DNA of 64,000 nucleotides from an uncultured Clostridia bacterium. GTDB taxonomy: Bacteria; Bacillota; Clostridia; TANB77; CAG-508. A model generated the notes under the pieces. That model saw nothing but the letters and a program-made list of their open reading frames with translations. It did not search any database and was not told the origin of the DNA. Positions within the stretch are counted from its first letter, which is position 1, and every line of letters starts with the position of its first letter. The stretch lies in NCBI GenBank assembly GCA_944388765.1, contig CALXKA010000002.1, positions 11,509 through 75,508 of the forward strand, given 5' to 3'. The translations under genes and the position numbers were made by a program. This document shows positions 18,341 through 25,481 of the stretch, piece by piece.

Positions 18341-19912
18341 TTACTGTACTGCAAGACATACACGAAATCCGTCGTCGCTGACGCTGAACCCACTGCTGCT
18401 GCCGAAGAAGAATACTCCTGCATCGGAAGCATTGCGGTAGTTACCACCACGCATGAAGAAAGGGAGGTACGACTCGACAAAGAAGGCAAGATCGTTATTC
18501 CATCCGCTTGTTTCATATAGTGCATCTCCTATATTTGAATTGTTTGCACTCGTAGTTGTATATAAGTTATAATATTTACTTTCTGGGAATTCTGGGAATT
18601 CTGTAAATCCTGATTCTCCTGTTGCTGGTGAACCATTTGTCCCGTATACTCCCATTACATATTCATATGCTCCTCCTGACATATCATATATTCCATATAC
18701 ATTTCCTGTTGTACTTGATAATTTTCCTATTTCTCCATTATATCTTTGACTTTCTTCTATTTGATCACTACTATAAGTAGAGTTCCACATTTGATTAGTT
18801 CCTGTTCCTCTTCCTGCTCCTGTTATATAACTACTGCATTGGTTTACACTTACTTCTGTTCCATTTCTTCCGTATTGACTTTGTGTTAGATATGCTACTG
18901 CTCCCCACTCTGTATTTTTTAACATATGTGCATCTATATTTGTTTTACTTAATGTTTGGGCTCTACTAAACATTGTTGATACATTTATATTTGTTAAACT
19001 TGTTGCATTTGGTACTATTGCCACATTATTATTTCCTGCATCTGAACTTTCATATTTTCCTATCCATAGTCCTTCTAAATTTTGTGTTCCAAATGTAAAT
19101 GCTGGATGTACATAATATGTGTCTGTACTATTTATTATTTCATCTGCATTTGTTGCTATTTCTGCATCTTTTAATTCTCCATCATCTCCATAGTATTGAT
19201 TTGTTGTTCCTATTAAGAATTTTACATCTATTTTATAACTTATTCCTTCATCTTGTGTTTTATATGGTGTGTTTTTATCTATTTTATATGCATATCTTGG
19301 TATCCATACATAATAATTTCCTTCTAATTCTGCATTTGCCCATTCACTTGTTCCTCCATTTTCTGTTGTTCCTGCTTGGGCTTCATATTTATATGCACTT
19401 TTTGTTGTATCTTCTTCCCAATTTCCATTATTATATACTACTAATTTCATATTGTCTTTTAATTTGGGTGTATTTACTCCTTCTTCTGTATCATAACTTC
19501 CGTCTGTTTTTCCTATTTCTCCTCCTCCTGGATTACTATTTCCTGCTGTTACACTTCCATCTTCATTTATTGTTACATCATATCCATCTACTACTACTGT
19601 TGCAGGTAGTTTATCTATTGGAAGTCCTGATGTTAATCCTTCTACATTTTTTAAATTTTCATTTAATAAATCATAATCTATGTTTCCATCTTCTCCATAA
19701 CTTCCTAATACCTCTACTGCTACTTTTTCTTCTGCTGTTTTTCTTCCTGTTTCTTCTGCTGCATCATTAGCTCTTGTTAATATTCCATTTTGTCCAGTTA
19801 GGGTTGCAATTGATACTGCTGCTAAAATTAATAGTACAATTATTGTTATTACTAATGCTATTAATGTAATACCTTTTTGTTTACTTCTTTTCATTTGTTT
19901 TCCACCTTTCAT
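18341..19912 (-). CDS. DGR variable (target) protein: pilin-like N-terminal hydrophobic leader plus C-terminal FGE-sulfatase/C-type-lectin-fold domain ending in the VR
   Basis: N-terminus KRSKQKGITLIALVITIIVLLILAAVS. C-terminal region GLWIGKYE...NTEWGAVAYL...GNVYGIYDMSGGAYEYVMG...RGGNYRNASDAGVFFFGSSSGFSVSDDGFRVCLAVQ. Confidence 0.85.
   Translation of the reverse strand: MKGGKQMKRSKQKGITLIALVITIIVLLILAAVSIATLTGQNGILTRANDAAEETGRKTAEEKVAVEVLGSYGEDGNIDYDLLNENLKNVEGLTSGLPIDKLPATVVVDGYDVTINEDGSVTAGNSNPGGGEIGKTDGSYDTEEGVNTPKLKDNMKLVVYNNGNWEEDTTKSAYKYEAQAGTTENGGTSEWANAELEGNYYVWIPRYAYKIDKNTPYKTQDEGISYKIDVKFLIGTTNQYYGDDGELKDAEIATNADEIINSTDTYYVHPAFTFGTQNLEGLWIGKYESSDAGNNNVAIVPNATSLTNINVSTMFSRAQTLSKTNIDAHMLKNTEWGAVAYLTQSQYGRNGTEVSVNQCSSYITGAGRGTGTNQMWNSTYSSDQIEESQRYNGEIGKLSSTTGNVYGIYDMSGGAYEYVMGVYGTNGSPATGESGFTEFPEFPESKYYNLYTTTSANNSNIGDALYETSGWNNDLAFFVESYLPFFMRGGNYRNASDAGVFFFGSSSGFSVSDDGFRVCLAVQ
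18350..18496 (-). repeat. DGR variable repeat (VR) forming the 3' end of the target gene; core 18350-18472
   Basis: In the 123-bp core I counted 18 mismatches versus the TR. All are at plus-strand T in the TR, which is A on the coding strand. The first non-A mismatch is at TR 18175. Confidence 0.9.
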
Positions 19913-20075
19913 TTTTATTTTATGATATTGTTGTATAATAATTATACATAACTAACTGTTTTTTGTAAATAACTTTTTAATTTTTTTATATTTTATCATT
20001 TATTTTTTGTTTGTCAACTCTTTTGAGTTAATCTTTTATTTTTTATTTTGCTATACTTTTTTTGGTGATTATTTT

Positions 20076-20261
20076 ATGTATTTAAGTACTGCTGTTAAAA
20101 GTAGAATTCATGAACTTTGTAATGAAAGAAATATTACTATTAACAAACTTTGTACTATTTCTGGTATTACACAATCTACTCTTGCAAATATTAATTCAAG
20201 ACCAAATACTAACTTAACTATTTTAACTATTATGAGAATATGTAGAGGTCTTAATATTTAA
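20076..20261 (+). CDS. XRE-family HTH protein, apparently truncated by an in-frame TAA
   Basis: MYLSTAVKSRIHELCNERNITINKLCTISGITQSTLANI... An in-frame TAA at 20259-20261 is followed by an open frame, IQEFFSSSIFDIDNLEDD, up to the TAG at 20316-20318. Confidence 0.6.
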   Translation: MYLSTAVKSRIHELCNERNITINKLCTISGITQSTLANINSRPNTNLTILTIMRICRGLNI

Positions 20262-20359
20262 ATACAGGAATTTTTTAGTTCTTCAATTTTTGATATTGAT
20301 AACTTGGAAGATGATTAGGTCTTCTTTTTTATTATTTATCTTTTTTCTATTCTTATACT

Positions 20360-20848
20360 TTATTTTTTTATATTTAAGATTTCTTTTATATTTTCTAAAA
20401 ATTCTTCTACCTTTTTTGCTAATTTTTCATAATTCTCTTGTTTAATAGTATATGTATTTGTTTCTTTTTGATATAGATTATTTTTACATTTATTGCAATC
20501 TGTGTTTTTTCTGGTTTCTGTTATTGTATCTCCGTTTAATTCTAATATTATGTCATAACTTTTTTCTTTAAATTTATATCTTCCATTTTCTATTTCATCA
20601 TATACTATTATTCCCAGATTTTTGTCTTTTAGTTTCTTTTCTATTTCTTTTAAATTATTTTTAAAATATTTTACCGGAAATCCTACTTTGCATAATCCTT
20701 TTGCGAAACAACTTCTTTTTAATCCTAATATATATTCTAGTATTATTGCATCTCTTCCTATACTATTAAAAAATGCTCCTGTTTTTATCATTATTACTTT
20801 GTTTGGATTTAACTTTTGTAAATTTTCAATAAATTCATAAAATTTCAT
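20360..20848 (-). CDS. Small protein resembling MutS mismatch-binding domain I (stand-alone)
   Basis: YEFIENLQKLNPNKVIMIKTGAFFNSIGRDAIILEYILGL...KVGFPVKYFKNNLKEIEKKLKDKNLGIIVYDE parallels the MutS N-terminus (Y..lk...P..il.fr.GDFYE.f..DA......L....aGvP......y...L...G..Vai.EQ). The Phe-X-Glu position reads F-F-N. Confidence 0.45.
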   Translation of the reverse strand: MKFYEFIENLQKLNPNKVIMIKTGAFFNSIGRDAIILEYILGLKRSCFAKGLCKVGFPVKYFKNNLKEIEKKLKDKNLGIIVYDEIENGRYKFKEKSYDIILELNGDTITETRKNTDCNKCKNNLYQKETNTYTIKQENYEKLAKKVEEFLENIKEILNIKK

Positions 20849-20877
20849 TTTTCACCTCTTTTCTTGAAACAGAAAAA

Positions 20878-20924
20878 CGAGCACCCGATTTTTATTTCGA
20901 GCACCCGATTTTTATTTCGAGCAC
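20878..20924. repeat. 20-bp tandem direct repeat, 2.35 copies (CGAGCACCCGATTTTTATTT)
   Basis: Exact copies at 20878-20897 and 20898-20917, plus a partial copy at 20918-20924. The repeat lies about 30 nt upstream of the start of the MutS-I-like gene. Confidence 0.9.
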
Positions 20925-21127
20925 AACATAAATCATACATTTCATGCATATTTTATGTTGTTAATTTCAAGAATTAAAATCCTTGAAATATTTTTTACTT
21001 CTATTCTTAATTTCTAATAAAGCTTTATTATGATAATATATTAACATTAGTTTTTTATTTTGGCAAGTAGTTTTCAAAAATTATTTTAACCTGTCCCTTT
21101 TATTTCTTTTGACATTTTTAGGATTGT

Positions 21128-24100
21128 CTACAAATCTTTTAAAAATTCTGTTGTGTCGTTTAGGATTTGTCTTTCGTTTGTTGTTCCTATTTCTAGTGTT
21201 ATCATTGGTTTTATTCCTGCTGAAAATTTTATTTTGTTTCCATATTTTTTAATTAATTTGTTTATATCTATTCCTACTTTACTTGATTCAAAAGTAAACA
21301 CAACTGCTGTTTTTTTACTCATTATTTTACTTATATTTTGTTCTTTTGCTAAATATTTAATACGAGCAATATCTATTAAGTTTTCTAATTCTTCTGGCAT
21401 ATTTCCAAACCTATCTATTATTTCATCAATAACATTTTGTATGTCTTCTTCATTTTTGCATAGAGCTATATTTTGATATACTTCAATTTTTTGGTTTGCA
21501 TCTTCAATATATTCTTCTGGAATGTAGCTTGTTACATTTAAGTCTATTTGTATATCTATTTCTGGTTTTACTTCTATTCCCTTCATTTCTTTTACTACTT
21601 CATCTAAAAGATTACAATATGTATCATATCCAACTTGTTCTAGATGCCCTGATTGTATTTCCCCAAGTAAGCTTCCTGCTCCACGTATTTCTAAGTCTCT
21701 CATTGCAATTTTAAATCCTGAGCCAAATTCTGTAAATTCTTTTATTGCTTTTAGTCTTTTATCTGCAATTTCTGATAATAGCTTATCTCTTTTATATGTT
21801 ATATATGCATATGCTTGTCTTTCACTTCTTCCAACTCTTCCTCTTATCTGATAAAGTTGTGCTAAGCCCATTCTATCTGCGTTTTCAACTATTATTGTAT
21901 TTGCATTTGGTATATCTATTCCTGCTTCTAGTATAGTTGTACAAACTAATACATTGCTTTTTCCTTCTATAAATTCTTTCATTATTTCTTCTATTTTTGT
22001 TCCTGTCATTTGTCCATGTGCATATGTAACATTTGCTTCTGGTACTAAATTTGAAATATCTATTGCCTTTTTTTCTATTCCTTGTACATTGTTGTATAAA
22101 TAAAAGACTTGCCCTCCTCTTTCTATTTCTTTTGTTATCGCTTCTCTTATTACTTCTTGATCATATTCTAATACATATGTTTGAACTGGTTTTCTATTAT
22201 GTGGTGGTTCATATATTACTGACATATCTCTTATTCCTACGATTGACATGTGTAATGTTCTTGGAATAGGCGTTGCTGTCATTGTTAATACATCTACATT
22301 TGTTTTATATTGCTTTATTTTTTCTTTATCTTTTACTCCAAAACGATGTTCTTCATCTATTATTAATAATCCTAAATCTTTAAATTCAACATCTTTACTT
22401 AATATTCTATGTGTTCCAATTACAATATCAACTTCTCCTAATTTAAGTTTTTTTACAACTTCATCTTGATATTTTTTAGATTTAAATCTATTTAATATTT
22501 CTACTCTTATTGGATAATCTTTCATTCTTTCTTTAAATTCTTGGTATTGTTGTTCTGCTAGGACTGTTGTTGGTGCTAAATATGCGACTTGTTTTTGATC
22601 CATTACAGCTTTAAATGCTGCTCTTATTGCTACTTCTGTTTTACCATATCCAACATCACCACATAAAAGTCTATCCATTGGTCTAGGACTTTCCATATCT
22701 TTTTTTACTTCTTCAATACATCTTAATTGGTCATCTGTTTCTTGATATGGAAATTTTCCTTCAAATTCATTTTGCCAAGTTGTGTCTTTGCTAAAACTAA
22801 ATCCTTGTGATTTTTCTCTTTTGGCATATAGTTCTATTAATTCTTTTGCAACTTCTCTTAGATTTTTCTTTACTCTTGCTTTTGTATTTTCCCACTCTTT
22901 ACTTCCTAATCTATTTAGTTTAGGATTTACTTTGTCTCCTCCAATGTATTTTCTTATAGAATCCATTTGATTTGTTGGCACGTATAGAATATCATCCTTT
23001 TGATATTTTATTTTGATGTAATCTTTCATGGTATTATCTGCTTTTATTGTATTCACACCAATATATATTCCTATACCATAAGTTCTATGCACTACATAAT
23101 CTCCAACTTTTAAATCTGCGAATACTACTTTTTCTCCTTTTTTGAAAGCCTCATGTGTTACTTTTCTTTTTTTCTTTTCTCCATCTATTAATTCATTTGC
23201 TGATATTATTATTTGCTTTGTATCTGGGTTTTCAAATCCGGATGTTAGTTTTCCTAAACTTATTGTTACTATTCTTTCTACATTTTTTACTATTATTGTT
23301 TGGTTTAATTTTTCTTCATATTTACAAGTTATTTCTTCTTGTTCTAATAGTTTTTGAAGTTTTTTTGCTTTTTCTTTTGTTTCAACTAATACATATATTT
23401 TCTTTTTTAAACTTATCCATGTTTTTATGTCTTTTATAAATTGTTCTATCTCACTTCTGTAATAATTTATTTCTCTATAATTAAACTTATATTTTTCTAT
23501 ATTTGATATATTTTGATTATCTTCTTTTTCTAAGTATATAACTTGTTTTTCTTTTAGGTTTTCTTCTATATCTTCATAATTATTTAAACTTTTTAATGCC
23601 TGTGGTACTATTTTGCCTTTTTCTACTAATAGCTTTATTAGGTTTTCATTATCTTTTATTATATTTTTTGTTCTTTGTTCAATTTTTCTTTTTTCATCTA
23701 AAACTATTACATAGTTTTTATTTAGATATTCTAATATTGTTGTTTGGTTATTATAGAAGCAACCAAAATATTTATCTATTTTACTTATATAATTGCCTGC
23801 TTTTATTTGCTCTATATCTTCTTCTAGTATTTCTTTTGAATATTCTTTTCCTTCTAAATTTCTTATTTTTTTACATGTTTCCTCTATTGGTTCTTCTAAA
23901 ATATATTCATGAGCTGGATATATTTTTGCTTTTTCTAATGTATTTATTGATCTTTGGCTTGTTATATTAAAATTTCTAATTGAATCTACTTCATCTCCCC
24001 AAAATTCAATTCTTATTCCTGTATTTTCTGTTACAGAAATATCTAATATTCCCCCTCTTATGCTAAATTGTCCTTTTCCTTCAATTAGGTCATATCTTGA

Positions 24101-24580
24101 ATATCCTAATTTTACTAGCCTTTGTTTTATATTTTCTAAGTTATATATATCACCAATTTTAAATTCAATTTCATTTTGATATAGTGTTTTTTTATCTGGA
24201 ATTTTTTGTAGTATTGCTTCTATTGTTGTAATAACTATTAAGTTTTTCTTTGATACAATTTTATTTAAGCTATCGATTCTTTCATATGGCAAGTCTTTAC
24301 TTTCTGCAATATAGTCATATGTTACTATTTCTTTTTTTGGAAATAATACTACTTTGTCTGTAAAATATTTTATATCTTCATATATTTTTTTTGCTTGTAT
24401 TTCATTATATGTTATTATACATATTGGCTTTTTATCAAATTCGTTTATTCCGCCTAATATTTGTAGCATTCCTACGTCAGTTAAGCCCAATACTTGTATT
24501 GGACTTTTTTTGTTTTCTATTTCTTTATTTAAATCTATGAATTTTTGAGATTTTCCTATCTCTCCTAATATGGTATTCAT
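21128..24580 (-). CDS. mfd: Transcription-repair coupling factor Mfd
   Basis: About 1150 aa with the superfamily-2 helicase motifs LLCGDVGYGKTEV and DEEHRFGV, a CarD-like domain and the TRCF C-terminal domain. The start is set at MNTILGE, with an AAGGGA RBS. Confidence 0.92.
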   Translation of the reverse strand: MNTILGEIGKSQKFIDLNKEIENKKSPIQVLGLTDVGMLQILGGINEFDKKPICIITYNEIQAKKIYEDIKYFTDKVVLFPKKEIVTYDYIAESKDLPYERIDSLNKIVSKKNLIVITTIEAILQKIPDKKTLYQNEIEFKIGDIYNLENIKQRLVKLGYSRYDLIEGKGQFSIRGGILDISVTENTGIRIEFWGDEVDSIRNFNITSQRSINTLEKAKIYPAHEYILEEPIEETCKKIRNLEGKEYSKEILEEDIEQIKAGNYISKIDKYFGCFYNNQTTILEYLNKNYVIVLDEKRKIEQRTKNIIKDNENLIKLLVEKGKIVPQALKSLNNYEDIEENLKEKQVIYLEKEDNQNISNIEKYKFNYREINYYRSEIEQFIKDIKTWISLKKKIYVLVETKEKAKKLQKLLEQEEITCKYEEKLNQTIIVKNVERIVTISLGKLTSGFENPDTKQIIISANELIDGEKKKRKVTHEAFKKGEKVVFADLKVGDYVVHRTYGIGIYIGVNTIKADNTMKDYIKIKYQKDDILYVPTNQMDSIRKYIGGDKVNPKLNRLGSKEWENTKARVKKNLREVAKELIELYAKREKSQGFSFSKDTTWQNEFEGKFPYQETDDQLRCIEEVKKDMESPRPMDRLLCGDVGYGKTEVAIRAAFKAVMDQKQVAYLAPTTVLAEQQYQEFKERMKDYPIRVEILNRFKSKKYQDEVVKKLKLGEVDIVIGTHRILSKDVEFKDLGLLIIDEEHRFGVKDKEKIKQYKTNVDVLTMTATPIPRTLHMSIVGIRDMSVIYEPPHNRKPVQTYVLEYDQEVIREAITKEIERGGQVFYLYNNVQGIEKKAIDISNLVPEANVTYAHGQMTGTKIEEIMKEFIEGKSNVLVCTTILEAGIDIPNANTIIVENADRMGLAQLYQIRGRVGRSERQAYAYITYKRDKLLSEIADKRLKAIKEFTEFGSGFKIAMRDLEIRGAGSLLGEIQSGHLEQVGYDTYCNLLDEVVKEMKGIEVKPEIDIQIDLNVTSYIPEEYIEDANQKIEVYQNIALCKNEEDIQNVIDEIIDRFGNMPEELENLIDIARIKYLAKEQNISKIMSKKTAVVFTFESSKVGIDINKLIKKYGNKIKFSAGIKPMITLEIGTTNERQILNDTTEFLKDL

Positions 24581-24686
24581 GTAGTTTCCCTTTCTTTTCA
24601 AGTTTCCATATTTTACTATATTTTATTCTGTATTTAATATTTTATCACATTTTTTGGGAAATATAAAGAGAGTAAACTAAATAATT

Positions 24687-24715
24687 TTGACTTTTTATGT
24701 TAATGATGTTATAAT
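24687..24715 (+). promoter_or_regulatory. Sigma-A-type promoter (TTGACT-17 nt-TATAAT)
   Basis: -35 at 24687-24692 and -10 at 24710-24715, upstream of the 56-aa ORF. Confidence 0.6.
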
Positions 24716-24780
24716 ATAAGTGTAACTTGTAAATTCAACAAGCATAAAAGTCCTCTTTTAAGAGGCAGAAAGGAAAAATA

Positions 24781-24951
24781 ATGGCTAACTTAAAATCAGA
24801 ATCTACAATATGTTCTCAGTGCAAAGGAAAGCATTGGAATCCCAATAGCCAGAAAGAAACACAGGCATCGGTTTTAAAGGAATTTGGAAAAATCGCTAAT
24901 AACTGTGTGAATGGCGAGGGTGGGGTTGTCCATTGTCCTTATGCAAAATAG
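24781..24951 (+). CDS. Small four-cysteine protein (56 aa), below the ORF-track cutoff
   Basis: MANLKSESTICSQCKGKHWNPNSQKETQASVLKEFGKIANNCVNGEGGVVHCPYAK, with CxxC ... Cx9C. An RBS-like GAAAGGAAAAA lies upstream and a terminator hairpin follows. The segment is visibly GC-richer than its flanks. Confidence 0.5.
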   Translation: MANLKSESTICSQCKGKHWNPNSQKETQASVLKEFGKIANNCVNGEGGVVHCPYAK

Positions 24952-24956
24952 CCGTT

Positions 24957-24981
24957 GGGGAGAGATTTTTTTCTCTCTCCT
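24957..24981 (+). terminator. Rho-independent terminator
   Basis: GGAGAGA-(8-nt T-rich loop)-TCTCTCC followed by TTTCTTGTT. Confidence 0.55.
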
Positions 24982-24987
24982 TTCTTG

Positions 24988-25016
24988 TTGACTTTTTATG
25001 TAAAATATGGTATTAT
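24988..25016 (+). promoter_or_regulatory. Sigma-A-type promoter (TTGACT-17 nt-TATTAT), near-duplicate of the one at 24687
   Basis: Shares the 14-nt string TTGACTTTTTATGT with the promoter at 24687. Confidence 0.55.
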
Positions 25017-25063
25017 TTTTTTGAAACTTGTTAATGTGTTTTCCGAGATTGGAGGAAAATGTC

Positions 25064-25435
25064 ATGAAAAAAATTTCATCTAATGAAGCACTGAATTTAA
25101 TCAGTCAGGGGATTTTTCCCAAGTGCCAGGTTGCACGGGATGTATTTGAGCCCGTAAAATCTGAACAGGATCTCAAAAATCTTTTAAGTCTTTCTTCTAG
25201 TCAGATGTGCCAATTTTATGGTTACGAAGAAAAAGATATTGAAGATTTTAAAGTTCCTAGTAAAGGGGTTCCTATATCTGTTGATGATGCAACAGATATA
25301 GTTGTATCTGGCAAAAGAATTCATGCTCGTGCAATAGGGGAGAGCGAGCAAAGTTTTTCTGACCTTGAACATTTTGTCGTTTTTTTAAGGCAATGTGATA
25401 TTGCGGGAAAAAATTTTCTCCTCTGGCATGAATAG
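25064..25435 (+). CDS. Hypothetical protein (123 aa) in the GC-enriched islet
   Basis: GGAGG lies 8 nt upstream of the ATG at 25064. No motif recognised. An imperfect bidirectional hairpin follows at about 25443-25483. Confidence 0.6.
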   Translation: MKKISSNEALNLISQGIFPKCQVARDVFEPVKSEQDLKNLLSLSSSQMCQFYGYEEKDIEDFKVPSKGVPISVDDATDIVVSGKRIHARAIGESEQSFSDLEHFVVFLRQCDIAGKNFLLWHE

Positions 25436-25481
25436 GACGTAAAAGTACCTTTTAAAAGTTTATTACTTTTTTAAGGTGCTT

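Larger units (their letters stand above)
16487..19912 (-). mobile_element. Diversity-generating retroelement (target gene with VR, TR, avd, RT)
   Basis: All four canonical components are present and co-oriented. See the individual features below. Confidence 0.9.

Noticed and set aside
17953-18525. ORFs 17953..18225 (90 aa) and 18322..18525 (67 aa) listed in the track
   Set aside because: The first is simply the TR read in the target-gene frame (an N-rich copy of the VR peptide) and has no RBS. The second is an alternative frame across the VR. Neither is an independent gene.
19099-19770. 223-aa + strand ORF (Leu/His/Phe-rich)
   Set aside because: It is antisense to the well-supported DGR target gene and has a low-complexity composition.
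20878-20924. Possible CRISPR array
   Set aside because: These are only 2.35 contiguous 20-bp copies with no spacers. No repeat-spacer architecture exists anywhere in the window.
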